From the NCBI GenBank assembly GCA_018812265.1, contig JAHJDG010000101.1, positions 13,174 through 77,173 of the forward strand: a stretch of DNA of 64,000 nucleotides, in the 5' to 3' direction. The number at the start of each line of letters is the position of its first letter. The stretch's first letter is position 1. The notes beneath the pieces were generated by a model. The model was given only the letters and a program-made list of their open reading frames with translations. It was not told where the DNA came from and made no database searches. A program made the position numbers and the translations under genes. Positions 9,837 to 19,872 of this stretch are shown here, piece by piece. The DNA comes from a bacterium (GTDB lineage: Bacteria > Electryoneota > RPQS01).

Positions 9837-10325
9837 GTGGGGATCATCGAAGGACAATACGGGCCCAACGTTATTATCACCTCGCTGGACAAGGTGTTCA
9901 ACTGGTCGCGCTCGCGCTCGATGTGGCCACTCACCTTCGGGATCGCTTGCTGTGCGATTGAGATGATGGCGGCGGCGGCGGCGCGGTTCGATCTGGACCG
10001 GTTTGGAGTGTTCATGCGTCCCACGCCGCGGCAATCGGACTGCATGATCATCGCCGGCACAGTAACCGTGAAGATGGCCGAGCGGATCAGACGACTCTAT
10101 GAGCAGATGCCCGAGCCGCGCTACGTGATTTCAATGGGATCGTGCGCGAACTCGGGCGGTCCGTATTGGGAACACGGTTATCACGTGGTGAAAGGCGTGG
10201 ATCTGGTGATTCCGGTGGACGTTTACGTTCCGGGGTGTCCTCCCCGCCCCGAAGCCTTGATAGACGGATTTTTGCTGCTTCGCGAGAAAATCGAGAAGGA
10301 AACGCTGGCCCGCAAACCGGCTTGA
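9837..10325 (+). CDS. nuoB: NADH-quinone oxidoreductase subunit B
   Basis: GTG start after GAGGAGG RBS. N2-cluster ligands CCAIEMM...[10 protein letters not shown]...GCPPRPE. Confidence 0.9.
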   Translation: MGIIEGQYGPNVIITSLDKVFNWSRSRSMWPLTFGIACCAIEMMAAAAARFDLDRFGVFMRPTPRQSDCMIIAGTVTVKMAERIRRLYEQMPEPRYVISMGSCANSGGPYWEHGYHVVKGVDLVIPVDVYVPGCPPRPEALIDGFLLLREKIEKETLARKPA

Positions 10326-10329
10326 GAAG

Positions 10330-10827
10330 ATGACTCCCGCCGAAATCCAGCAGCGACTGAAAGAAATTGCCCCGTACTCGGAGTTGGAATTAGAAGATAT
10401 CCGGCCGGAAGCGGTGCTTCGCGTTCCGGCGGTGTCGCTGCCGACGGTCGCTGAGCATCTGAGGCGGGATCCGTCGCTGTATTTCGAATGTTTGAAATGC
10501 CTGTCGGGAGTGGACCGGGGTAGCGAGCTGCAGGTTGTCTATCATTTGTACTCGATGCGCAATCAGCATCACTTGACGTTGCGCTGCAGCGTGCTCAAGG
10601 AGAATCCGACGGTTCCCTCGCTGTCTCGAGTCTGGCCGACGGCGGAGTGGCACGAGCGTGAGGTCTACGACATGCTGGGCGTTCGCTTCGACGGTCATCC
10701 CGATCCCCGCCGGATTCTATGTCCCGACGACTGGGAGGGACATCCGCTTCGCAAAGACTATAAGCCGCCTGAAGAATATCACGGCATACCCCTGACTTCG
10801 CAATTTCCCCCCGAATCTCCCGCGTGA
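10330..10827 (+). CDS. nuoC: NADH-quinone oxidoreductase subunit C (30 kDa)
   Basis: EREVYDMLGVRFDGHPDPRRIL motif. Separate from nuoD, not fused. Confidence 0.85.
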   Translation: MTPAEIQQRLKEIAPYSELELEDIRPEAVLRVPAVSLPTVAEHLRRDPSLYFECLKCLSGVDRGSELQVVYHLYSMRNQHHLTLRCSVLKENPTVPSLSRVWPTAEWHEREVYDMLGVRFDGHPDPRRILCPDDWEGHPLRKDYKPPEEYHGIPLTSQFPPESPA

Positions 10828-12026
10828 GCGATCCCCGAGACCTACATATTCCCTTAGGCCCCAACGCGGGCCGGATCGAAGAGGCGCTGGCCGACGTGGA
10901 AGACATCCACGGCGAGCGCATGACGCTGCAGATGGGCCCGCAGCATCCGGCCACGCACGGCGTGCTCCGTCTGGAACTTCAGACGGACGGCGAACTGGTG
11001 GTGAGCGCCGTGCCGCACATCGGCTATCTTCATCGTTGTTTCGAGAAGATGTGCGAGAACATCACCTGGCCGCAGACGATTCTCTATGCCGACCGCCTCG
11101 ATTATTGCGCGAGCATGAACAACGCACTCGGTATGGCGCTGGCCTGCGAGAAGCTGTTCGAGATCGAGGTTTCCGAGCGGGTGCAAGCCATTCGCGTGCT
11201 GGTCGCCGAACTCAACCGGATCGCGAGCCACATGGTTGCGTTAGGCACCTACGGATTGGACATCGGCGCGTGGACCCCCTTCCTGCTCTTGTTCCAACAG
11301 CGAGAGCATATTCTCGATCTGTTCGACGAGCTTTCGGGAAGCCGGCTCTTGTACAATTATATATGGATCGGCGGACTTGCGCATGATTTGCCCGAGGGGT
11401 GGCTGGGTAAGGTACGCGCTTTTCTTTCCTATATGCAGCCGAAGATTCCGGAGCTGAACACGCTTCTTTCGTACAACAAGATTTTTCTGGAGCGCACAGG
11501 GAAAGTGGCGGTTCTCCCGGCGGATCTGGCAATCGAGTATGGCGTGACGGGGCCGAATCTGCGCGGATCGGGCATGAAATGGGATTTGCGCAGGAACGAT
11601 CCCTACAGCGGATACGAAACGTACGACTTCGAGATTCCGGTCGGGAGGGGCGAAGCAGGCGCGGTGGGCGATTGTTTCGATCGGTACATCGTTCGCATCA
11701 TCGAAATGGAACAGTCGCTGCGGATCATCACGCAAGCCATCGAGCGGCTGGAGCGAATGCCGGGAGAGGACGTGCGGGCGGCGGTGCCGAAGAGTTTCGC
11801 GAAGGTGCCGGCGGGAGAAGTTTATTTCCGTACCGAAACTCCGAAGGGCGAACTTGGATTCTACGTTGTTTCAGACGGCAAGGCCAAGCCTTATCGTCTG
11901 AAGTGTCGAGCGCCTTCGTTCTGCACGCTCTCGGTCGTTCCCCGTCTGGCCCCGGGTCTTCTGATTGCGGACTTGGTGGCGCTGATCGGCTCCTTAGATG
12001 TTGTGCTGGGAGAGGTGGACCGATGA
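10824..12026 (+). CDS. nuoD: NADH-quinone oxidoreductase subunit D (49 kDa)
   Basis: GTG start overlapping the nuoC stop. MGPQHPATHGVLRL signature. Confidence 0.9.
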   Translation: MSDPRDLHIPLGPNAGRIEEALADVEDIHGERMTLQMGPQHPATHGVLRLELQTDGELVVSAVPHIGYLHRCFEKMCENITWPQTILYADRLDYCASMNNALGMALACEKLFEIEVSERVQAIRVLVAELNRIASHMVALGTYGLDIGAWTPFLLLFQQREHILDLFDELSGSRLLYNYIWIGGLAHDLPEGWLGKVRAFLSYMQPKIPELNTLLSYNKIFLERTGKVAVLPADLAIEYGVTGPNLRGSGMKWDLRRNDPYSGYETYDFEIPVGRGEAGAVGDCFDRYIVRIIEMEQSLRIITQAIERLERMPGEDVRAAVPKSFAKVPAGEVYFRTETPKGELGFYVVSDGKAKPYRLKCRAPSFCTLSVVPRLAPGLLIADLVALIGSLDVVLGEVDR

Positions 12027-13051
12027 TCGAATCCAATCTCCTGTGGTCGGCGGTCTTTGCGGTCGGAATTATCGGGTTTGTCTCGGTTTTCGCTCTGATT
12101 GCAATTTGGCTGGAACGGAAGGTCTCGGCGCACATGCAGGATCGTCTCGGGCCGATGGAAACCGGGGGCTGGCACGGCTGGGCTCAGACGATCGCGGACA
12201 CGGTCAAATTGCTCCTGAAAGAGGACATCATTCCCACGGCAGCCGACAAGTTTTTGTTCAAGCTGGCTCCGTACGTGGTGTTCACGGGTTCGTTCGCGAC
12301 GCTGGCGGTAATTCCGTTTGCCCATAATCTGATCGGCACGGACATTAACATCGGCGTGTTTTATCTGGTGGCGGTGTCGTCGCTGGTGGTGATCGGAATT
12401 CTGATGGCCGGGTGGGCATCCAACAACAAGTGGGCGCTCTATGGAGCGCTACGTTCGGCGGCGCAGATGGTGAGCTACGAGGTTCCGATTGCGCTTTCGC
12501 TGTTGGTGCCGATCATGCTGGTGGGGAGCCTTTCGATGGGCGAGCTGGTGCGAGCGCAGGAGGGCGGGCTTTTCCATTGGACGGTGTTCAGCCATTTGCC
12601 GTTTGCCCTGATAGCTTTCGTCATTTATTTCTGGGCGAGCCTGGCCGAGGTCAACCGGACTCCGTTCGATATTCCCGAAGCCGAGTCGGAACTGGTTTCG
12701 GGATACCACGTCGAGTACTCGGGGATGCGGTTTGCGATGTTTTTCCTCGCCGAATACGCCAACATGTTCATCGTGTCGGCGGTGGTGGCGGCGGTGTTTT
12801 TGGGAGGATGGTACGCGCCGATTCCGGCTCTGGACGTGCCGGTCGAGGTCAGTCCGCTGTGGCACGCGGCGATCGGCGCCTTCTGGTTCGTGGCGAAGGC
12901 AATGGCGCTGGTGCTGGTTCAGATGTGGATGCGCTGGACGCTGCCGCGGCTGCGCGTGGATCAGCTGATGCATATTTGTTGGAAGGTTTTTCTTCCGTTC
13001 TCGTTTGCGAACGTACTGGCGGTGTCGCTGTGGGTCGCGATCGGCAAGTGA
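12023..13051 (+). CDS. nuoH: NADH-quinone oxidoreductase subunit H
   Basis: ATG overlaps the nuoD stop (ATGA). Polytopic. Follows nuoD directly, with no nuoEFG between. Confidence 0.9.
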   Translation: MIESNLLWSAVFAVGIIGFVSVFALIAIWLERKVSAHMQDRLGPMETGGWHGWAQTIADTVKLLLKEDIIPTAADKFLFKLAPYVVFTGSFATLAVIPFAHNLIGTDINIGVFYLVAVSSLVVIGILMAGWASNNKWALYGALRSAAQMVSYEVPIALSLLVPIMLVGSLSMGELVRAQEGGLFHWTVFSHLPFALIAFVIYFWASLAEVNRTPFDIPEAESELVSGYHVEYSGMRFAMFFLAEYANMFIVSAVVAAVFLGGWYAPIPALDVPVEVSPLWHAAIGAFWFVAKAMALVLVQMWMRWTLPRLRVDQLMHICWKVFLPFSFANVLAVSLWVAIGK

Positions 13052-13070
13052 GCGGATATTGAGTTAAGGT

Positions 13071-13625
13071 ATGGCAGGATATTTTCGCGATCTCTGGATA
13101 GGCGTTGTCACGGTACTCAAGGGACTGTGGGTCACGTTCGCGCACCTTTTTCAGCGGCGGGTGACGGTGCAGTATCCTCGCGAGACCGTGCCGATGTTTC
13201 CGCGCACACGCGTCACGCTGGTGAACCACGCGGAGGAGTGCGGATTCTGCCTTTCCTGCAAGCGCGTTTGTCCGGTCAATATCTTCACGATTGTGGGAGC
13301 CCGGGCGGACAAGGACGAGGATTTGGGCATTCTTCCGGACGGGAAACCGAAGAAGATGCATATCCTCGAATTCAAGATTGACCTGTCCAAGTGCGTATAC
13401 TGCGGGCTGTGCGTGGACGCCTGTGATACGAAGTCGCTACGCTGGGAACTTCCGCAGGAGCCGTCGGTGTTCCGTCGGCAGGAACTGCACAAGGATTTTT
13501 CCGACATGACGGAAGAGGAAAAGGCGCGCGTTCGGACGCGCGAAGAGCAGCGCAAGAAGGAGAAGGCGGCCCAAGCCGCCGCGGCGAAGACGAAAAGTAC
13601 ACCGGACGAGCCGCAAAGCGACTAA
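13071..13625 (+). CDS. nuoI: NADH-quinone oxidoreductase subunit I (2x[4Fe-4S]) with inserted loop and Lys/Ala-rich C-terminal tail
   Basis: Two CxxCxxCxxxC(P) motifs (CGFCLSCKRVCP and CVYCGLCVDAC) separated by an unusually long ~45 aa spacer. Charged ~50 aa C-terminal tail. Confidence 0.85.
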   Translation: MAGYFRDLWIGVVTVLKGLWVTFAHLFQRRVTVQYPRETVPMFPRTRVTLVNHAEECGFCLSCKRVCPVNIFTIVGARADKDEDLGILPDGKPKKMHILEFKIDLSKCVYCGLCVDACDTKSLRWELPQEPSVFRRQELHKDFSDMTEEEKARVRTREEQRKKEKAAQAAAAKTKSTPDEPQSD

Positions 13626-13641
13626 CGCGCAACAAGTATTC

Positions 13642-14148
13642 ATGGAAATCGTTTCGCAAATCATCTTCTGGATATTCGTGGCCATCACGGTCGGTTCGGC
13701 CGCGGTGGTGGTGTTCCATCCGCGGATCATCTATAGCGCGTTCGCCCTGCTGTTCACGTTCTTCGGCGTGGCGGCACTCTACGTTTTTCTGTCGGCGGAT
13801 TTTCTGGCGGCTTCGCAAGTCCTCATTTACGTGGGGGGGATTCTAACGCTGATCATCTTCGGCGTGTTTTTGACGGCGAAGATTACGACGCTGGACATTC
13901 CGCACCACACTCATCAGAGGTACATTGCGCTCATACCGCTGGTTCTGCTGGGAGTCGGTTTGTGGCTGGTGGTGCTGACCACTCCGTGGCCATCCCATAC
14001 CCTGAGCACGGCTCCCACCACGCAGCGAATCGGTGAGCTCTTGCTCACGAAGTATCTCGTGCCGTTCGAGCTGGCGAGCATTCTTCTCTTAGCGGCGCTG
14101 ATAGGAGCGATGCGGCTGGCGCGGTACTATCGGAAGCGGGAGGATTAG
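13642..14148 (+). CDS. nuoJ: NADH-quinone oxidoreductase subunit J
   Basis: Hydrophobic 168 aa, correct position and length in the operon. Confidence 0.8.
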   Translation: MEIVSQIIFWIFVAITVGSAAVVVFHPRIIYSAFALLFTFFGVAALYVFLSADFLAASQVLIYVGGILTLIIFGVFLTAKITTLDIPHHTHQRYIALIPLVLLGVGLWLVVLTTPWPSHTLSTAPTTQRIGELLLTKYLVPFELASILLLAALIGAMRLARYYRKRED

Positions 14149-14454
14149 GTGAACTCGCTGACAACCTATCTGACCGTCTCGCTTATCCTGTTCCTTCTGG
14201 GATTGCTCGCCATTCTGACGAGGAAGAACGCGATTTCGGTGCTGATGGGAATCGAGTTGATTCTCAATTCGGCGGGATTGAATTTCGTGGCGTTCAGCCG
14301 TTTCACGGCGGGCAATCTTAACGGACAAACGGCGGCGGTGTTCGTGATTATCGTGGCGGCGGCGGAGGCGGCGGTGGCACTGGCGATCTTCCTGAACCTG
14401 TATCGCCTGAAGGCCACGGCAGAGGTGGACAAGGCGGATGAACTTCGTGGGTAG
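14149..14454 (+). CDS. nuoK: NADH-quinone oxidoreductase subunit K
   Basis: GTG start adjacent to the nuoJ stop. 101 aa, three TM helices, conserved MGIELILNSA block. Confidence 0.85.
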   Translation: MNSLTTYLTVSLILFLLGLLAILTRKNAISVLMGIELILNSAGLNFVAFSRFTAGNLNGQTAAVFVIIVAAAEAAVALAIFLNLYRLKATAEVDKADELRG

Positions 14455-14463
14455 TAATCGGTA

Positions 14464-16578
14464 ATGATCGGATCGGCACTCTATATATTGCTTGCTCCGC
14501 TGGCCGCTTTTCTGGTGGTGATTTTCTTCGGGAAGCGATTGCCGCGCGGCGGCGATTGGGTGAGTCTGTTCGCCATTTGGAGCGGAGTCGCCGTTTCGCT
14601 GTATCTGCTCGCGACTCGCGTCCTGGTTGCTTACGATCCGCACTTCTCGGAGACTTTCCAGTTCGACTGGATCGTTTGGGGGGATTTTCATCTTTCGGCG
14701 GGCATTCTCCTCGACAATATGTCGGTGGTGATGCTGGTGGTGGTGACGCTGGTGTCGGCGGTCGTGCATTTGTTCAGCGTCGGCTACATGCACGGCGATC
14801 CACGCTATGGCCTGTTTTTCGCGTATCTCTCGTTCTTCTCGTTCAGTATGCTCGGACTGGTGCTGGCCGACAATCTGATCGTGATTTATGCGTTCTGGGA
14901 GCTGGTGGGACTTTCGAGCTATCTGCTGATCGGGTTTTGGTACGAAAAAGATTCGGCCTCGAATGCCGCCAAGAAAGCGTTCATCACCAATCGCGTGGGC
15001 GACGCGGGGATGCTGATCGGGATTTTGCTGGTGCTGAGCACGCTGGGAACGGTGAGCCTGCATGGCTTGGCTGAGGGTGTGGCGGCGGGGACGCTGAGCG
15101 GAGGACTGCTGACGGCTACCGGGATTTGCCTGTTCATGGGAGCGGTGGGCAAATCGGCGCAGTTCCCGCTGCACGTCTGGCTTCCCGACGCGATGGAAGG
15201 CCCGACGCCGGTTTCGGCGTTGATTCACGCCGCCACGATGGTTGCCGCCGGTGTATATCTTGTTGCGCGTTTATTTGTCGTACTGAGCTTCGACGCTTCG
15301 CTGGTGATCGCGTATGTGGGGGGATTCACCGCCCTGTTCGCGGCGACGATTGCGGTGGCACAGAACGACATCAAGCGGGTTCTGGCCTACTCCACGCTCT
15401 CGCAGCTCGGATACATGATCATGGCGCTGGGCGCAGGCGCGTACACGGCCGGATTTTTCCATTTGGTCACACACGCGATGTTCAAGGCGTGTTTGTTCCT
15501 CGGATCGGGTTCGGTGATTCACGCCATGCACACGGCGCTGCACGGAATCGGCAGTCATGCGGATGCGCAAGACCTTCGCAATATGGGCGGGCTGCGCCGC
15601 AAGATGCCACTGACATTCTGGACGTTTCTGATTTCGACGGTGGCGCTATCGGGCGTGCCGCTGACGTCGGGATTTCTCTCGAAGGACGCGATTCTGGCCG
15701 GAACTCTGGCCTTCGCTTCGGAGCATCCAGCTCACTGGCTGCTGCCGGTGTTCGGATTTTCGGCAGCGGCGCTGACCGCGTTTTACATGTTCCGGCTGGT
15801 CTATCTCGCGTTCAGCGGGACCTTCCGCATGGGTCCGCAGGCCGAGCATCATCTGCACGAGTCACCGCGGGTGATGACCGTTCCGTTGATGATTCTGGCG
15901 GTCTTGTGTTTCTTCGGATTCTATTCGCTACCGGCCTTCAATCCCACGACGCCGGAGGGAGGCTGGTTCGCGCACCTCTTCCCCACTCCACCACGCGCCT
16001 ACGAAGTCGTTCACAGCACGGCGGCTGCGTTACATGGTCATGAGATGACAAGCGCAACGATGCACGCCGCCGCAGGTGCACAGGGAGCACACACCGCTGG
16101 CAATCATCACGCGGCTCACAACACGGCAATGTTGATTTCTATCATCGTTGCGGGGTTGGGAATCCTGATCGCGACGATGGGCTATTACTGGAAGAGAATC
16201 TCGCCCGCGCTCTGGCAACGGCGACTCGGCTTCGTGTATCGCGGCATGTTCCGCAAATGGTGGGTGGATGAAATCTACGACGTGACCGTTGTTTGGGGAA
16301 CGCTGGGTCTGACTCGTCTCCTCGCGTGGTTCGACCTGAAAGTCATTGACGGCTTGGTAGACGGATCGGCGTGGCTGACGCGGGGCTGGTCGCAAATCAG
16401 CGGCTGGTTCGATCTGTACGTGGTTGACGGTCTGGTGAATTTTACGGCCTGGTTCGTAGGAATCTGGGGGAAGTTCGCGAGGTTGTTCCAGGGGGGCCAA
16501 CTTCAGAGGTACTTCCTCTATACTCTGGTCGCGCTGAGTCTGCTCATCTTTCTCAGCGTGTTTCGGTCGCTGTCGTGA
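14464..16578 (+). CDS. nuoL: NADH-quinone oxidoreductase subunit L (704 aa, with a His/Ala-rich insertion)
   Basis: Antiporter-like core (WLPDAMEGPTPVSALIHAATMV). Extra ~50 aa segment rich in His/Ala/Gly near residues 500-560. Confidence 0.9.
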   Translation: MIGSALYILLAPLAAFLVVIFFGKRLPRGGDWVSLFAIWSGVAVSLYLLATRVLVAYDPHFSETFQFDWIVWGDFHLSAGILLDNMSVVMLVVVTLVSAVVHLFSVGYMHGDPRYGLFFAYLSFFSFSMLGLVLADNLIVIYAFWELVGLSSYLLIGFWYEKDSASNAAKKAFITNRVGDAGMLIGILLVLSTLGTVSLHGLAEGVAAGTLSGGLLTATGICLFMGAVGKSAQFPLHVWLPDAMEGPTPVSALIHAATMVAAGVYLVARLFVVLSFDASLVIAYVGGFTALFAATIAVAQNDIKRVLAYSTLSQLGYMIMALGAGAYTAGFFHLVTHAMFKACLFLGSGSVIHAMHTALHGIGSHADAQDLRNMGGLRRKMPLTFWTFLISTVALSGVPLTSGFLSKDAILAGTLAFASEHPAHWLLPVFGFSAAALTAFYMFRLVYLAFSGTFRMGPQAEHHLHESPRVMTVPLMILAVLCFFGFYSLPAFNPTTPEGGWFAHLFPTPPRAYEVVHSTAAALHGHEMTSATMHAAAGAQGAHTAGNHHAAHNTAMLISIIVAGLGILIATMGYYWKRISPALWQRRLGFVYRGMFRKWWVDEIYDVTVVWGTLGLTRLLAWFDLKVIDGLVDGSAWLTRGWSQISGWFDLYVVDGLVNFTAWFVGIWGKFARLFQGGQLQRYFLYTLVALSLLIFLSVFRSLS

Positions 16579-16638
16579 CGGGAGTCGGATGGTGACTTTG
16601 CCGATGAAAACGAAATACACTGAAATACCCTGAGTACC

Positions 16639-18162
16639 ATGGGTCCACTGACGCTGATAACATTCTTGCCGGCGGCGGGAGCCGTGCTGATTGCACTGCT
16701 TCCGAGCGACAAACATCGTCTGATTCGCTGGACGACGCTGGTGTTTACGGCGGCGGTGCTGGTAATTGCCGCATCGCTCTACCCGCAGTTTGATCGCGGC
16801 ATGGCCGGAATCAACGATCCGAAGTCGTTCCAGTTCACCGAGGTTGCCCAGTGGATTCCCGCCTACGGCATCCACTACTATGTGGGCATTGACGGCCTTT
16901 CGTTTCCGATGGTGCTGCTCACGGCGCTACTCTGCTTTTTGTGTATTCCGGCATCGTGGGGCATCAACAAACACGTGAAGGGTTATCACGCGCTGTTTCT
17001 GCTTCTGGAAACGGGCATGATGGGAACGTTCGTCGCTTTGGATTTCTTCCTGTTTTACGTATTTTGGGAGATCATGCTGCTGCCGATGTATTTCCTCATC
17101 GGCATTTGGGGAGGGCCGCGGCGAATCTACGCAGCGATCAAGTTCTTCCTGTATACGCTGCTGGGTTCCGTGCTCATGCTGGTCGTGATCCTGGTTCTCT
17201 ATTTCAACGTGCGCGATCCGGTCACGGGCGGGCACACGTTCAACATGCTGATGATGATGGATCAGGGGAACCAGTCGGGGATTCTGGCGCTGCAATCGGT
17301 TCGGGTGCTGCTGTTCTTCGGGCTGTATATCGGATTCGCGATCAAGGTACCCGTATTCCCGTTCCACACGTGGCTTCCCGACGCGCACGTGGAAGCGCCG
17401 ACGGCGATCTCGGTTATTCTGGCAGGTGTGCTCTTGAAAATGGGAGCCTACGGTCTATTGCGGATCAGCTATCCGATTCTGCCGGACGCAACGAGGAGTC
17501 TGGCTTGGTTCCTGGCGCTGATGGGGACGATCAACATCATCTATGGCGCGCTCTGTGCGATGGCACAGACGGATCTAAAGAAGCTCGTGGCGTACAGCTC
17601 GATCTCGCACATGGGCTACGTGATGCTGGCGATGAGCTCACTCACACCGGCGGGAATGAACGGCGCCGTATTCCAAATGTTCAATCACGGCACGATTACG
17701 GCCATGTTGTTCCTCTTGGTGGGCGTAATCTACGATCGCGCTCATCATCGGGATATTGCCGGCTTCGGCGGTCTGGCGAACGTGATGCCCAAATACCTGG
17801 GCGTGACGGCGGTTGCGTTTTTCGCGTCCATGGGACTGCCCGGTCTTTCGGGATTCATTTCCGAGGTAATGTGTTTCATCGGTGCGTTTCCGGTGTGGCA
17901 AACGTTCACGATCATTTCGATCGGCGGGATCATCATCACGGCAGGCTACCTGCTGTGGACGATTCAACGGATGTTTTTCGGAGCGGTCAATCCGAAGTAT
18001 ACGGGATTGCCCGACATTAACGCTCGCGAGCTGTTCACGCTCATTCCGTTGGTGCTGGTCATCATTTTCCTCGGAATCTGGCCGCATCCGGTTCTGAATC
18101 TCATGAATACATCCATGACCTATCTCGGGCAACTCGTCCAACACGCCGGAGGTCTCCTGTGA
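16639..18162 (+). CDS. nuoM: NADH-quinone oxidoreductase subunit M
   Basis: Antiporter-like subunit with HTWLPDAHVEAPTAISVILAGVLLK block. Confidence 0.9.
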   Translation: MGPLTLITFLPAAGAVLIALLPSDKHRLIRWTTLVFTAAVLVIAASLYPQFDRGMAGINDPKSFQFTEVAQWIPAYGIHYYVGIDGLSFPMVLLTALLCFLCIPASWGINKHVKGYHALFLLLETGMMGTFVALDFFLFYVFWEIMLLPMYFLIGIWGGPRRIYAAIKFFLYTLLGSVLMLVVILVLYFNVRDPVTGGHTFNMLMMMDQGNQSGILALQSVRVLLFFGLYIGFAIKVPVFPFHTWLPDAHVEAPTAISVILAGVLLKMGAYGLLRISYPILPDATRSLAWFLALMGTINIIYGALCAMAQTDLKKLVAYSSISHMGYVMLAMSSLTPAGMNGAVFQMFNHGTITAMLFLLVGVIYDRAHHRDIAGFGGLANVMPKYLGVTAVAFFASMGLPGLSGFISEVMCFIGAFPVWQTFTIISIGGIIITAGYLLWTIQRMFFGAVNPKYTGLPDINARELFTLIPLVLVIIFLGIWPHPVLNLMNTSMTYLGQLVQHAGGLL

Positions 18163-19634
18163 GTTCCGGAGGATGGAACGTTGATCTAAGCCCGTTCCTG
18201 CCCGAGCTCTTGTTCGTGGGCGGCTTTCTGGTTTTGGTCGTGCTCAACCTCATCTTCCGTCGGCGGCGGGGAACGGCATCGGCCATTGCAGGCGTGATTA
18301 TTTTGGCGGCGGTGGCTGTCTCGGCGGCATTGGGCGATGAGAAGATCGGTTTATATTTGTTCGGCTCCGTTGTTCAGGATGGAGTCACGGTATTTTTCCG
18401 GCTGTTTTTCTGCGGAGCGGCGGCGATATCGCTGGGGCTTCTCTTGTTCAGTTTCCCGGAGGACGGGGAACCGTTTCTGCTCGTGTTGGCGGGCGTTCTG
18501 GGAATGTTTCTCCTGGCCGGTGCGGGCGACCTGGTGACGCTGTTCGTGGCGCTCGAAGTCGTTTCCATTCCCTCCTATGTTTTGGCGGGCTACCGGCGAC
18601 GCGACGTCCGTTCGGCCGAGGCGGCTCTCAAATATGTACTCTATGGCGCGTTTTCCTCGGGGATCATGCTATTCGGTTTATCCATTTTTTATGGAGTAAC
18701 CGGAGAGACTTCTTTGCAGGGAATCGCCATTGCACTCAGCGGGGGCACAGGTCAGGAGGCGGCTCTGCTGGTGGCCACGATTCTTGTTCTGGCAGGGATC
18801 GGATACAAGATCGCAATGGTTCCGATGCATTTCTGGTGTCCGGACGTGTATGAAGGGTCCCCGACGGCCGTGACGGCGTTTCTCTCGGTTCTTCCGAAAG
18901 CGGCGGGATTTGCGGCCTTGTTTCGACTGATGAGCATCTTCGTGCCGGTACGGACATGGTTCGGTGTAGACGCAGTTCTGCTGTTCACTCTGGCGTCGGC
19001 GCTGACGATGACGTTCGGGAATTTGGGCGCGATTTGGCAAAACAGTCTGAAAAGACTGCTCGCATACTCATCCATCGCTCACGCGGGATACATACTCATG
19101 GCATTTGCCGTGCTGGCTTCCGATCCCTCGCGGGAGCTCTATCGCGATGCAACGACGGCGATCCTCTTTTACCTGGTCGTGTATCTATTCATGAATCTGG
19201 GCGCGTTCTTCATCGTGGATTTCGTGGAGCGACGCAAGGGGGGTGAGACCATCGAGCATTTCCGTGGTCTGGGACGAACGGACGTAATTCCGGCTCTGCT
19301 GCTGGCGGTTTTTCTGTTCAGCCTGACCGGTCTACCTCCGCTGGCCGGATTCGTCGGGAAGTTCCTTTTGTTCGCGGCACTGGTCGAGGCGAAGATGTTT
19401 GCGCTGGTCATCATCGGTATCGCCAACACGGTAGTATCGCTTTATTACTATGTACGCGTAATTCGCGAAATGTATTTGCAGGATCCCGTGCCGGAGCTCG
19501 AGACCGACAGCGTTTCACACGTCAAGATGAAGGGACTGGCGGTAGTACTCGCGCTTGCAACCGTTGTTCCGACTCTGGTTCTCGGCATTTGGTGGGGTCC
19601 GCTGGCCGTGTGGATCGGCGCTCGCATCTGGTAG
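18159..19634 (+). CDS. nuoN: NADH-quinone oxidoreductase subunit N
   Basis: GTG overlapping the nuoM stop. Antiporter-like. Last gene of the operon. Confidence 0.85.
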   Translation: MSSGGWNVDLSPFLPELLFVGGFLVLVVLNLIFRRRRGTASAIAGVIILAAVAVSAALGDEKIGLYLFGSVVQDGVTVFFRLFFCGAAAISLGLLLFSFPEDGEPFLLVLAGVLGMFLLAGAGDLVTLFVALEVVSIPSYVLAGYRRRDVRSAEAALKYVLYGAFSSGIMLFGLSIFYGVTGETSLQGIAIALSGGTGQEAALLVATILVLAGIGYKIAMVPMHFWCPDVYEGSPTAVTAFLSVLPKAAGFAALFRLMSIFVPVRTWFGVDAVLLFTLASALTMTFGNLGAIWQNSLKRLLAYSSIAHAGYILMAFAVLASDPSRELYRDATTAILFYLVVYLFMNLGAFFIVDFVERRKGGETIEHFRGLGRTDVIPALLLAVFLFSLTGLPPLAGFVGKFLLFAALVEAKMFALVIIGIANTVVSLYYYVRVIREMYLQDPVPELETDSVSHVKMKGLAVVLALATVVPTLVLGIWWGPLAVWIGARIW

Positions 19635-19659
19635 ATCGGACAAGCGCGAATATTTCAGT

Positions 19660-19694
19660 GCCGGCGCGAGACAATCTCGCGCCGGCATTTCTTT
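19660..19694 (+). terminator. rho-independent terminator after nuoN
   Basis: 12-bp GC-rich stem GCCGGCGCGAGA / TCTCGCGCCGGC with 3-nt loop, followed by ATTTCTTT. A second hairpin at 19700-19733 lies between it and the tRNA. Confidence 0.65.
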
Positions 19695-19738
19695 AGAGGA
19701 AACCACGCCGCTATCGGGAATCGGCGTGGTTTCTCAGT

Positions 19739-19836
19739 TGGCGGGAACGTCTGGGAATCGAACCCAGCCATCCGCCGTGAGGCGGACGCAAACGGTTTTG
19801 AAGACCGCGGGGGCCACCAGTGCCCCATCCGTCCCC
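19739..19836 (-). tRNA. selC: probable tRNA-Sec (selC), anticodon UCA, long variable arm, CCA encoded
   Basis: Minus-strand fold: T-arm CTGGG-TTCGATT-CCCAG, anticodon loop CTTCAAA (UCA), 6-bp variable stem TCCGCC/GGCGGA, ~98 nt. Only 7 bp of acceptor pairing found by eye (one G-U), so the model is imperfect. selA and selB are in the same window. Confidence 0.55.
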
Positions 19837-19872
19837 ATCGCACAAGTCACGGGCTGTGACTTGATGCGGATG

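Noticed and set aside
14089-16875. Long minus-strand ORFs (379 aa and 281 aa) rich in Arg/His/Gln opposite nuoL
   Set aside because: Typical high-GC antisense ORFs inside a well-supported nuoL gene. The compositions are non-protein-like.
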